In this document: positions 46,270 through 56,217 of the stretch, one piece after another
How the letters are laid out: each line of letters begins with the position of its first letter
Numbering within the stretch: the stretch's first letter is position 1
Source of the DNA: Akkermansia muciniphila
Lineage (GTDB): Bacteria > Verrucomicrobiota > Verrucomicrobiia > Opitutales > Opitutaceae
Reading direction: 5' to 3'
DNA length: 64,000 bases
Assembly: GCA_945898185.1 (NCBI GenBank)
Contig: CAMDHP010000002.1
Span: 668 to 64,667 of the forward strand
Program-made: the position numbers and the translations under genes
The notes under the pieces: generated by a model
What the model was told of the DNA's origin: nothing
Database searches by the model: none
What the model saw: only the letters and a program-made list of their open reading frames with translations

Positions 46270-47907
46270 TCAGGGCGTGGTGGGCGTAGCGCTCAGACTA
46301 AGGCGTTTGAGGGCAATCAATTCTCTCACAACCTGTCGGTCGTCAAAAGGAGCCACTGTGTCAGTGAATTCTTGATACGTCTCGTGGCCCTTGCCGGCGA
46401 CGAGCAGACAGTCGCCTGGGCGACACATGTCGAGGGCGAGACTGATGGCGCGCCGACGATCTTCGATCCAGGTGAATTTAGCAGGCTGCGTAACGCCGGC
46501 ACGCATATCGTCGAAAATCTTACTCACTGCCTCGTTGCGGGGATTGTCGGCGGTCGGGAGGGCAATATCGGCAAAATCCTCGACCGCGCGCGTCATGAGC
46601 GGACGCTTGGCGCGATCGCGATTACCACCGCAGCCAAAAACGCAGATTACGCGCCCGGGTGTGATGGAGCGCAACATGCCGAGCGCGTTACGAAGCGCAT
46701 CGTCCGTGTGGGCATAGTCCACCAGAACGTTGTAGGGCTGGCCCTCTTCGATGCGCTCCATGCGACCGGGCACACCGGGGAAAGAGCCAAGACGCGGCAG
46801 AAAGAGCATGGGGTTACGACCAAGGCCCCAAGCGGTGGCGGCGGCGGCGAGAACGTTACTGACATTGTAACTACCGAGCATCGGGCAGCGGACTCGGGCG
46901 CGACCCTCAGGCCAAACGAGATTGAAAACGGTCTCCTTGAAACCAAGTTCGATCCCTTCCGCGCGGATGGCTGCATCAGCAGACTCTCCAAACGTGATCG
47001 CGCGCACTCCGGGGGGCAGCATCGCGAGAAGGCGGAGACCGTAGGCATCGTCCGTGTTTACTACCGCGATCGGCGGCGGACGCCCGCTCCCACCGGTGAA
47101 TAAACGGGATTTGACCAGAAAATAGGACTCGAGGGTCTGATGGTAATCGAGGTGATCCTGGGTTAGATTCGTGAAAATAGCCGCTCCGAATTCCAGCTCA
47201 AGGACGCGTTGCTGGTCTATACCGTGGGAGCTTACCTCCATCACGGCGTCACGGCACCCGGCGTCACGCATTTGGGCTAGCATGCCGAAGATATCGGGAG
47301 CCTCGGGCGTGGTCTTGAAGGACGGCACCATGCGGGCTCCCAGATCATAGGAGATTGTGCCAAGCAGTCCGACCCGGGCGTCGTCCTCGATGAAATGCTT
47401 AATGAGATGAATGACGGTAGTCTTGCCATTCGTGCCGGTGACGCCGACTACGTTCAAGGCGCGGTCGGGAGCATGATGGATACGACGGGCGGCGCGGGCG
47501 AGAGCGGCACGAGGGTCGGCCACTTGAATGAAGGTAACTTTCGCGGGGGCGGTAGCCGGCTCATTGATTGCGACAATGGCGATAGCGCCGCGGCTTAAGG
47601 CCTCGGCAACAAATAAGGCGCCGTCGTTACGCAAGCCGGGAAGAGCGAAGAAGACGTTGCCCGGCGCCGTTCGACGACTGTCCATCGCGATGCCGGAAAT
47701 CGGGCGATCGAGCGAGCCACGGAGCGCCAGAATTTCACCCTCGGAGAAGAGATCGGAGAGTTGTGGTGCCATTTTAAATACGCTTGGGAAGGGATTGTGG
47801 GAGCCACGGTGGGAGCGCGGGGCGATTTTGCCGGCGTCTTGCGCGGATGGCGCGTCGGCGGCAAACGCGTGGATGAGCGGATAATTTTGGGTGAGATAGC
47901 CGATCAT
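46270..47907 (-). CDS. murE: UDP-N-acetylmuramoyl-L-alanyl-D-glutamate--meso-DAP ligase (alternative start 47772)
   Basis: GVTGTNGKTT, MEVSSH, NLTQDHLDYH, VDYAHT, GCGGNRD, DNPR (DAP-type motif), AGKGHE. Confidence 0.95.
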   Translation of the reverse strand: MIGYLTQNYPLIHAFAADAPSAQDAGKIAPRSHRGSHNPFPSVFKMAPQLSDLFSEGEILALRGSLDRPISGIAMDSRRTAPGNVFFALPGLRNDGALFVAEALSRGAIAIVAINEPATAPAKVTFIQVADPRAALARAARRIHHAPDRALNVVGVTGTNGKTTVIHLIKHFIEDDARVGLLGTISYDLGARMVPSFKTTPEAPDIFGMLAQMRDAGCRDAVMEVSSHGIDQQRVLELEFGAAIFTNLTQDHLDYHQTLESYFLVKSRLFTGGSGRPPPIAVVNTDDAYGLRLLAMLPPGVRAITFGESADAAIRAEGIELGFKETVFNLVWPEGRARVRCPMLGSYNVSNVLAAAATAWGLGRNPMLFLPRLGSFPGVPGRMERIEEGQPYNVLVDYAHTDDALRNALGMLRSITPGRVICVFGCGGNRDRAKRPLMTRAVEDFADIALPTADNPRNEAVSKIFDDMRAGVTQPAKFTWIEDRRRAISLALDMCRPGDCLLVAGKGHETYQEFTDTVAPFDDRQVVRELIALKRLSLSATPTTP

Positions 47908-49775
47908 GGGCGCCCTTTTTCGTTACGCGCCAAGAGGCTGCCGGCCGCGGCGGAGGTTGCCGGTTTGATGTCCAGATACTGGATGAGCTGCTCGGCGATT
48001 TTCCGGAAACTGGGTGCGGCGACGACCGAGCCATACGCGATGCGCCCGTTTGCCGGGTGGCCATCGTCAACCACCACCGTAATAACTACCCGGGGGCGAC
48101 TAGCTGGGAAAAAACCCACGAAGGAGCCCACGTGATCGCGATCGGAGTAACGACCGCTAATGAGTTTTTGGGCGGTCCCGGTTTTGCCTGCGACCTCGAA
48201 GCCCGGAATAGCCGCGACCTTCGCGGTGCCTTGGTCGGACACCACTTTTTGCAACATGGTTGCCATGGCCTCGGCGGTTGCGGGGGCGATGACCGTGCGC
48301 CGCGAAGCGGGTTTGAAGGAGTAAACGACTTCGCCCTGTGCATCCAGAACCTGCTTCACGATCTGCGGCCGCATGAGCAAGCCACCGCTTGCAATGGTGG
48401 CCATAGCGTAGTGGATTTGCAATGGGGTCACGGCCACGGAATAGCCGGCGGGAATACGGGTGATGTCCGGGGTGGACCATTTCTTAGGGTCGGCGATGAT
48501 GCCCGGTTCCTCGTGTCCGAGGGGGAACCCGGTGCGTTCGCCGAAGCCAAATGCGCAGGCGTAATCGTAGAAGGGCCGGTCGCCGAGTCGCATGGCGAGC
48601 TGGGCCGCTCCGACGTTGCTGGAGTGGCTGATGATCTCGGCCACACTGAGCGCATGATCATAGCGGTGATCGTCGCGCATAAACCGGCGCTCGCGTCCGG
48701 CGTAAAGAATGGTTGCTAGGGTGCAATCGAACTTAGTTGCGGGCGTGACAAGTCCCTCGTTGAGCGCACCCGATGCGGCGACAATCTTGAACGTGGAGCC
48801 CGGTTCGATCAGGTCGGTGGCGGCGATGTTGCGCTGCACTTCAAGAGGGACATTTCCGTAGTCGTTGAGGTTGAAACTCGGATAATTTGCCAGCGCGAGC
48901 AGGAAGCCGGTGCGCGCATCGCTCACAATGATGGTGGCCTTTCCGGGCTTAAAATTTGTGACGATCGCGGCGAGCTCTTGCTCGACCATGTGCTGGATGG
49001 CGGCATCTATCGAGAGCATGACGCCCCACCCATTTGACGGGGCTACTTCGCGGCTACGAAACTGGGCGAGTTCGGTGCGGCGGCCATCACGCTCAACCTC
49101 GCGCCAACCGCTGTGGCCGCTCAGGTAAATATCAGCGAAGGACTCGACGCCACCCGACGCGGCGCCCTCTTTGTTTAGGAAACCGATCAGGTGGGCGGCG
49201 AGCTCGCCATGCGGGTATACCCGGCGATACGAACGCTCGGCAGTCAGACCGGTGACGCGCAGGGCCTGTATTCGGGCAAACGCTTCTTCGCTCACACCCT
49301 CCTTAAGTTTTTTCCACTCCACGCGCACGCGGCCATCGGCGGCTTCGTCCCGGGTATCCCTCTCAACGGGGACATCACGCCACGATGGGATAAAGAAATC
49401 CTCCATTTCCTGCGCGGTAATCCCGAGCTCGGCGGCAAGCTTTGCGCGCTTTTCCTGCTCGTCGGCAGTGATACGGCTTTTCCTTCCGGGCAGACGTTGA
49501 AAATCGACTTTCTTAACCAACGCCCACGGATCCACCGCGAGCGTGATTTCGGTCTGGCTCGTGGCGAGCAGATCGCGGCGGGTATCGAAGATGTCGCCGC
49601 GGCGGGCCGGCACGGGGACGATATCATGCCGGGAGTTCTGAATCTGAGTTAGGTAGTGTTCGCGATCCAGGACGTGCAGTTGCACCAAACGGGTCGCGAG
49701 GACGCAAAAGCTTACTAAAACAGTGGCGGCGACAAGGCCGAGCCGGATATTGGTGGCGAAACCCCGAGTGCTCAT
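47904..49775 (-). CDS. ftsI: Class B penicillin-binding protein (FtsI/PBP3)
   Basis: RRGDIFD, EPGSTFK (SxxK), HSSNVG (SxN), GKTGTAQ (KTG). Confidence 0.93.
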   Translation of the reverse strand: MSTRGFATNIRLGLVAATVLVSFCVLATRLVQLHVLDREHYLTQIQNSRHDIVPVPARRGDIFDTRRDLLATSQTEITLAVDPWALVKKVDFQRLPGRKSRITADEQEKRAKLAAELGITAQEMEDFFIPSWRDVPVERDTRDEAADGRVRVEWKKLKEGVSEEAFARIQALRVTGLTAERSYRRVYPHGELAAHLIGFLNKEGAASGGVESFADIYLSGHSGWREVERDGRRTELAQFRSREVAPSNGWGVMLSIDAAIQHMVEQELAAIVTNFKPGKATIIVSDARTGFLLALANYPSFNLNDYGNVPLEVQRNIAATDLIEPGSTFKIVAASGALNEGLVTPATKFDCTLATILYAGRERRFMRDDHRYDHALSVAEIISHSSNVGAAQLAMRLGDRPFYDYACAFGFGERTGFPLGHEEPGIIADPKKWSTPDITRIPAGYSVAVTPLQIHYAMATIASGGLLMRPQIVKQVLDAQGEVVYSFKPASRRTVIAPATAEAMATMLQKVVSDQGTAKVAAIPGFEVAGKTGTAQKLISGRYSDRDHVGSFVGFFPASRPRVVITVVVDDGHPANGRIAYGSVVAAPSFRKIAEQLIQYLDIKPATSAAAGSLLARNEKGRP

Positions 49776-49779
49776 CAAA

Positions 49780-50184
49780 TCAACGCGGAGCGCCTCCCAG
49801 GTTGAGGCGGACGGGCATGCTAACCAAGCCGCGTTCGGAAGCGAAAATCTCGGCATTACGTTTGGCGGCCAGACGCTCCCCGGCAGAGACACCGACGCGC
49901 AAAACACGCGCCTCCGAAGGGAGGCCGAGGCCGAGCGCGAGGGTCTGATTTCGGCGTTCGAGCACTTCAGGGGACTGCCCGGTGGCGACCAAGGCGCCGG
50001 TCTCGGCCAAGCGGCGGCCCGCCTCCGCTACGCGTTGCTCGATGACGCGGGTGTTATTGGCGGAAACCGAAATGCGCTGACGCAGATCAACGATCGAGAA
50101 ACCCAGTCCGCCGCTGACACCCAGCATAAAAAGAGCGCTGATGAAAATCTGGGTAGCAAAAGCGCGGCAATTTTTTGTATTCAT
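49780..50184 (-). CDS. FtsL-like single-TM coiled-coil protein
   Basis: Position between rsmH and ftsI; one TM helix followed by a heptad region. Sequence is divergent. Confidence 0.6.
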   Translation of the reverse strand: MNTKNCRAFATQIFISALFMLGVSGGLGFSIVDLRQRISVSANNTRVIEQRVAEAGRRLAETGALVATGQSPEVLERRNQTLALGLGLPSEARVLRVGVSAGERLAAKRNAEIFASERGLVSMPVRLNLGGAPR

Positions 50185-50280
50185 GAGTGAGATACGACGA
50201 TTGAAAAAAATGTTAGTAAGTGCAGATCGAATAAGTCTTTGCTAAGCGGATACGGCGGTGAACGAGTTGTTAATGAGGCC

Positions 50281-51228
50281 CTAGAGCTTGCGCACCGCGC
50301 GGAGGCGGGCGGAGCGGCTGCGGGGGTTGGCGGCTATCTCGTCTTCGCCCGCGACGACAGCCTTACGGGAGAGTGCATTGGCAACGGAGGTGCGGAGGTC
50401 GGCGGGACGGTGATCATCGCGGGTCTCTGGCTGGCCGCAGAGGCGGCGGAAGGCCTGCTTGACCGGTCGATCCTCAAGCGAGTGGAAGCTGATGACGGCG
50501 AGCACGCCGCCTGGGGCAAGGGCACCAAAGGCGCAAGGGAGCGCACGTTCCAGAGCGCCAAGCTCGTCGTTAACCGCGATGCGGATGCCCTGAAATGCCC
50601 GCGTTGCTGGGTGGATGCGCGAGGTAAAGCGATCGCGGGGCGGGATAGAGTTTGAGATCAGCTCCGCGAGAGTTGACGTGCGGGCAAGCGTTCCGGTGCC
50701 CCGGGCGGCAAGAATGGCCCGGACCACGCGGCCGGCGTGGCGCTCCTCTCCGTAGGTTCCAACGGCGCGGTAGAGCATCTCCTCGGTGGCGGTTTCCAGC
50801 CAGAGCGAGGCCGGCACACCGTGACGGGGATCCATCCGCATGTCTGCGGGGGCATCAGCGCGGAAGGAGAAGCCGCGCTCAGTTTCATCGAGTTGAAACG
50901 AAGAGACACCGAGATCGAAGAGGACTCCGTCGAGGCCGTAGAGCTTGAGTGAGGCGAGATCGCCAAAATCAAGGTCGAGCAGCGTAAAGCTATTCGGGAA
51001 CTCATTTCGCAACGCATCGGCGCGCGGCATGGCGGCGGGATCGCGGTCAAGTGCGGTGACATGACAGCCGGGCGCCGCCTCGAGGATGGCCCGGGTGTGC
51101 CCGCCGCCGCCAAAAGTGCAATCAAGGTAACGTCCGCCGGCGCGGGGCGCGAGCAAAGCGAGGGTCTCGGAGAGCAGAACGGACGTGTGGCCAGACGTGG
51201 ACATAGATGTTAGCACGACGGAGGGCAT
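50281..51228 (-). CDS. rsmH: 16S rRNA m4C1402 methyltransferase
   Basis: [35 protein letters not shown]-like [25 protein letters not shown]. Confidence 0.96.
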   Translation of the reverse strand: MPSVVLTSMSTSGHTSVLLSETLALLAPRAGGRYLDCTFGGGGHTRAILEAAPGCHVTALDRDPAAMPRADALRNEFPNSFTLLDLDFGDLASLKLYGLDGVLFDLGVSSFQLDETERGFSFRADAPADMRMDPRHGVPASLWLETATEEMLYRAVGTYGEERHAGRVVRAILAARGTGTLARTSTLAELISNSIPPRDRFTSRIHPATRAFQGIRIAVNDELGALERALPCAFGALAPGGVLAVISFHSLEDRPVKQAFRRLCGQPETRDDHRPADLRTSVANALSRKAVVAGEDEIAANPRSRSARLRAVRKL

Positions 51229-51237
51229 GGCGAAGGC

Positions 51238-51687
51238 TCAGATGCCGATGCGACGCAGACGGTCGCCCGCTTTTTGTGCGGAGTTGGCGGCCTGCACCCG
51301 GGTCCACTCCTCTGGACCGTAGAGATTGAATTTGTTCCCCGAGCCGGAGAGCACCACATCTTTGACGATGCCCGCATGGGCGCAGAGCTCGGGGGTGAGC
51401 ATAACGCGTCCCGATTTGTCGAAACTGAAGGCGAGCGTCTTCGAAAAGAAATCAGCAATCGCCTCCTGTGCCTCGGAGTCGGAGAGATTTTTTGCGGAGA
51501 CCTTATCGCGGAGTTTTGAGGCCTCTTCGGGTGGTAAAACACTCAAGCAGCCCTCGAGCGGAACAACCAGGAACTGGCCACCTTCCGCAGGCGCAGTTCT
51601 CCAAGCCGACGGAATCGTGAGGCGATTCTTGTCGTCCATGGTATGCCGGAAGAGTCCGGTATAGAACGGGTTATTTAAGGGGTCCAT
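51238..51687 (-). CDS. mraZ: Division/cell-wall cluster transcriptional repressor MraZ
   Basis: DDKNRLTIPS and DKSGRVML repeats; first gene of the dcw cluster. Confidence 0.92.
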   Translation of the reverse strand: MDPLNNPFYTGLFRHTMDDKNRLTIPSAWRTAPAEGGQFLVVPLEGCLSVLPPEEASKLRDKVSAKNLSDSEAQEAIADFFSKTLAFSFDKSGRVMLTPELCAHAGIVKDVVLSGSGNKFNLYGPEEWTRVQAANSAQKAGDRLRRIGI

Positions 51688-51707
51688 TAATTGACGTCGC
51701 GGGTTTT

Positions 51708-51742
51708 CCCACAACGCCCCATTTTATCCCATTTCGACCCAC
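51708..51742 (-). promoter_or_regulatory. MraZ-binding direct repeats (GTGGG-N5-ATGGG-N5-ATGGG-N5-GTGGG) overlapping a TTGACC-N19-TAAAAT promoter-like element
   Basis: CCCAC/CCCAT at 51708, 51718, 51728 and 51738 (exact 10-bp period), matching the known TGGG-N5 MraZ box architecture. Confidence 0.85.
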
Positions 51743-51789
51743 AGCGGTCAAGCAAAACCGCTTATAAAACCTCCAGAAAGTCAGGAAAG

Positions 51790-51798
51790 TTATCCACA
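51790..51798 (+). promoter_or_regulatory. Consensus DnaA box TTATCCACA upstream of the dcw promoter
   Basis: Exact 9-mer; single copy, so it could be chance. Confidence 0.45.
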
Positions 51799-52106
51799 AC
51801 ACCGGCCGGAAGTCCCGACCCCGCTCAAATGTGGTGCCCAATATGGCCCCGAGCGCGCGAGGTCCCAACGTCGGGCCTGATGCTTAACGGTGCGCGGCGA
51901 AACCTCGCGGCTTGGATCCGTGACCGAAGACTTCGACCGCGAATCGTTTAATTCGACCGGACAGCGCATGACCGGCATTCCTTTGAAACCACGGCCCATC
52001 CGATCCAAAGCGGACCAAAATGGCAAAACCCAGAGAGCTTTTTTGTATCCAGATTTAAAATACTCGGCCTAGGCTGGAGTGATTTCACCTGATCGCTTGA
52101 TGACAC

Positions 52107-52138
52107 AAAAAAGCCGGCCTCCCGATCGGGAGGCCGGC
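52107..52138 (-). terminator. Intrinsic terminator of amtB-glnK
   Basis: Perfect 11-bp stem GCCGGCCTCCC / GGGAGGCCGGC plus an A6 tract. Confidence 0.85.
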
Positions 52139-52177
52139 GTGAGACGCGACCGAGTAAACTACCCGCTCGAACCTTGC

Positions 52178-52534
<357 letters not shown>

Positions 52535-52560
52535 TTAGTGTGTGATTCGGGCAAGCCGAC

Positions 52561-54057
52561 TTATCCAGCGTAACCTTCTTCGCCGTGTTCGTTGATGTCG
52601 AGACCCTGACGCTCAACCTCGGCGGACGGACGGAGGCCGACGAAGGCCTTAACGATATAGGCGATCACCACCGTGGCCACAATGGAGAGCACCAGTGTCA
52701 CGCCGATGGCCTTGACCTGTTCGAGCCAAAGATCCCCGTCAGCCACGAGCTTGGCGAGCCCATTGGTCTTGGCGTAGGTGTTCGCATCCGTAAGGTTGCC
52801 GTTGACCGAAGCAGTGGCGAGGACGCCAGTGAGCACAGCACCAATGGTGCCGCCGACGGCGTGAACACCAAAGGTGTCGAGCGCGTCATCGTAGCCAAAC
52901 TTCGCCTTTAGAATGGTGCAGAAGATGTAGGGGACCACACCGGCGACCACGCCGATGATAACCGCGCCGGTCGCGTCCACGAAGCCGGCGGCAGGAGTAA
53001 TGACGACGAGCCCGCCAACGACACCCGAGCAAAAGCCGAGGATGGAGGCGTGGCCGCGGAAGATGAGCTCAATCATACCCCACACGAAGCCAGCGACGGC
53101 TGCGGCGATCATGGTGGTCATGAAGGCATTAGCAGCGACACCATCGGCGGCGAGAGCGGAGCCGGCGTTGAAGCCGAACCAGCCAACGTAGAGCATCCCA
53201 GTGCCGATCATACACATGACCATGCTGTGCGGAGTCATCTTCTCTTTACCAAAGCCGAGGCGGGGACCGAGGATGATACAGAGGACGAGCGCAGACCAAC
53301 CCGAACTCATATGAACCACAGTGCCGCCGGCGAAGTCGATCGCGCGGACCACAGCGTCGCCGTTCCATACGCCGTTCATCCATCCGGTGACGCCCCAAAC
53401 CATGTGGGCGAGGGGGAAATAAACGACAACCATCCAGATGCTAACGAACAGCAGAATGGCGGAGAATTTCATGCGTTCTGCGATGGCACCGACGATCAGG
53501 GCGGGCGTGATGATCGCGAACATCATCTGAAACATCGCGAAGACGTTGTGGCTAATCCACCAAGCGTAGTCGGTGTTGGGCACGGAGGTTACACCCTTGA
53601 GGAAAAAGAACTCGGTGCCGCCCAGGAACGGGCTGCCGAAGCTTTTACCGAAAACGAGGGAGTAACCGAAAGCCCACCACATAATGGTGACGAGACCGGT
53701 GATACCCAGGCACTGGGCGAGAACGGAGAGCACGTTTTTCTTGCGAACCAAGCCACCGTAAAAGAGGGCCAGACCGGGGAGGGTCATGAATAGCACCAAG
53801 GCGGCGCAGACCATCATGAATGCATTGTGACCGGGGCCGGCAACGCCGGGGAGCGATGCACCCGGGTCAACGTTGTTTACGTAGGCCGCGAAGGCGGTAT
53901 CTACGGCCGGGACTGCGGCGGGCGCGGCCTCGGCAGCGGCAGCCGCTGGAGTGGCAGCGGCGTCAGCCGCAACCCCAACAATGTCCTGCGCGTGGATGAT
54001 AAATGTCGCGCCGGCGAGGGCCAGCGAACAGAGGATGGTTTTGATGAGTGTCTTCAT
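52561..54057 (-). CDS. amtB: Ammonium transporter
   Basis: DFAGGTVVH and FGVHAVGG (twin His), GWFGFNAGS, FQMMFA. Confidence 0.96.
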   Translation of the reverse strand: MKTLIKTILCSLALAGATFIIHAQDIVGVAADAAATPAAAAAEAAPAAVPAVDTAFAAYVNNVDPGASLPGVAGPGHNAFMMVCAALVLFMTLPGLALFYGGLVRKKNVLSVLAQCLGITGLVTIMWWAFGYSLVFGKSFGSPFLGGTEFFFLKGVTSVPNTDYAWWISHNVFAMFQMMFAIITPALIVGAIAERMKFSAILLFVSIWMVVVYFPLAHMVWGVTGWMNGVWNGDAVVRAIDFAGGTVVHMSSGWSALVLCIILGPRLGFGKEKMTPHSMVMCMIGTGMLYVGWFGFNAGSALAADGVAANAFMTTMIAAAVAGFVWGMIELIFRGHASILGFCSGVVGGLVVITPAAGFVDATGAVIIGVVAGVVPYIFCTILKAKFGYDDALDTFGVHAVGGTIGAVLTGVLATASVNGNLTDANTYAKTNGLAKLVADGDLWLEQVKAIGVTLVLSIVATVVIAYIVKAFVGLRPSAEVERQGLDINEHGEEGYAG

Positions 54058-54188
54058 TGGGCACTCTCCCATCAGCAAGGTCCGGGCCATGAATGGAAAT
54101 CATACTAAATTTTTTTTCTTATTTCATAAGACCCTAATTTTCATTTAATTGCTTATTGATTTTTATTCCCTATAGCGCTCAAAAAAGC

Positions 54189-54209
54189 AAAAAGACCTCA
54201 TGTGAGGTC
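54189..54209 (-). terminator. Probable terminator of the TerC-family gene
   Basis: GACCTC / GAGGTC hairpin next to A-tracts. Confidence 0.5.
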
Positions 54210-54266
54210 GTGGTCGGAACTGCGGCTGCGATCGGTTCTAGACCAATTAGCCCGGCCAAAGAGATT

Positions 54267-55331
54267 TTAGCCTAGGCTATTCGGCCTAACTTCCGCACGC
54301 GGCGGTATGGCAAGGGAGGCGATGACGGAGATCGCAAGGATGCCACCGATGATGCCGAGCGACCAACTGACGGGAAACTTTCCGCCGAATGCGTCGTTCA
54401 ACCAGACCATCTTAAGACCGACAAAAATGAGAATGATGCCGAGACCGTATTTCAGGAAGCGGAACCTGTGCATAACGCCCGCCAGAAGGAAGAACAGGGC
54501 GCGCAAGCCGAGGATCGCGAAGATGTTTGAAGTGAAGACAATCAATGGCTCCTTGGTGATGGCGAAAATGGCCGGCACGGAGTCCACCGCGAACACGATG
54601 TCTGTGAGCTCAAGGAAGCAAAGGCACACAAAGAGCGGCGTGGCGTGGAGTATGCCAGTCTTACGCACAAAGAACTTGTCGCCTACCAAAGCAGGAGTGA
54701 CGGGAATGAACTTTTTCAGGAGCCGGATTACCGGATTTTTTTCCGGCTCGAGCGGTTTTTCCGGTGCAAAGAGAATCTTGATACCCGTGAGGATGAGGAA
54801 AGCCCCGAAGAGCAGGATAACCCAGTGAAACTGCATCAGGGCGGCGCCGATTGAGATGAAGATGATGCGAAATACCAGCGCGCCGAGGACACCGTAAAAG
54901 AGGACGCGGTGCTGATACTTCGACGGGATCGCGAAGTAGGAAAACACCACCACGAAGATGAAGATGTTATCCACCGAGAGGGCCTTCTCCACCACGAAGC
55001 CGGTGAGAAACTCCAGCGTGGACTGGTCGGCCAATTTGGCGGCGGCCAGCGCAGCATCTGCTCCCGTGATGCCCTTGGAGGCCAGCTCGGCGAGCAGCGG
55101 CGCGTAGGTCGGCAGCTTGAAGTGCGCGTATTGCCAGAAGCCGGCGCAGAAGAGCAGGGCGAGGCTTATCCAGACCGTGCTCCAGACGGCGGCTTCTTTA
55201 ACCGATACTGGGTGGGCTTCCCGGTGAAAAACGCCCAAGTCCAGAGCGAGCATACTCAGCACAAAGAGCGTAAAAAGTCCGTAGAGCCACCAATAGTCCG
55301 CGAAGGGGAAGAGCAGGATTTCAGTTGTCAT
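54267..55331 (-). CDS. TerC/Alx family membrane protein
   Basis: EKALSVDNIFIF, QHRVLFYGVLGALVFR, DIVFAVDSVPAIFAIT, SNIFAILGLRALFF. Confidence 0.93.
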   Translation of the reverse strand: MTTEILLFPFADYWWLYGLFTLFVLSMLALDLGVFHREAHPVSVKEAAVWSTVWISLALLFCAGFWQYAHFKLPTYAPLLAELASKGITGADAALAAAKLADQSTLEFLTGFVVEKALSVDNIFIFVVVFSYFAIPSKYQHRVLFYGVLGALVFRIIFISIGAALMQFHWVILLFGAFLILTGIKILFAPEKPLEPEKNPVIRLLKKFIPVTPALVGDKFFVRKTGILHATPLFVCLCFLELTDIVFAVDSVPAIFAITKEPLIVFTSNIFAILGLRALFFLLAGVMHRFRFLKYGLGIILIFVGLKMVWLNDAFGGKFPVSWSLGIIGGILAISVIASLAIPPRAEVRPNSLG

Positions 55332-55420
55332 GGATGCAATATGAAAGGCCGGACGGAAGTGCCGCCGCTATCCATCTACAAGGTCAACCGGGCTGGAAAA
55401 ACGGCGTTTTTTTCCAGCGC

Positions 55421-55450
55421 AAAAAAACCGGCATCCGCGTGGGATGCCGG
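55421..55450 (-). terminator. Intrinsic terminator of the second P-II gene
   Basis: CCGGCATCC / GGATGCCGG stem plus an A7 tract. Confidence 0.8.
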
Positions 55451-55493
55451 CTGAGAGCCGAATGAGGCGATGTTTTTTAGGCGCGGCTAAGGT

Positions 55494-56084
<591 letters not shown>

Positions 56085-56140
56085 CCCCTGCTCGTCTGGC
56101 CGGGTGCATCTAATCCCAATTTACCGGCCAGGTTTACCCC

Positions 56141-56178
56141 AAAAAAACCCGCCGTCCGTTTTTGACGAAGCGACGGGC
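56141..56178 (-). terminator. Probable terminator of aspS
   Basis: GC-rich imperfect stem next to an A7 tract. Confidence 0.5.
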
Positions 56179-56217
56179 GAATGCGGCAGTAGGACGGATT
56201 TTAGATCTGAATGAGAG

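Noticed and set aside
51800-52100. Possible replication origin near the DnaA box
   Set aside because: Only one consensus box was seen, with no clear AT-rich unwinding element and no dnaA, dnaN or gidA nearby.
55332-55420. Possible yybP-ykoY (Mn) riboswitch upstream of the TerC/Alx gene
   Set aside because: The leader is short and lacks the GGGGAGUA/UCAAUAC-type conserved loops.
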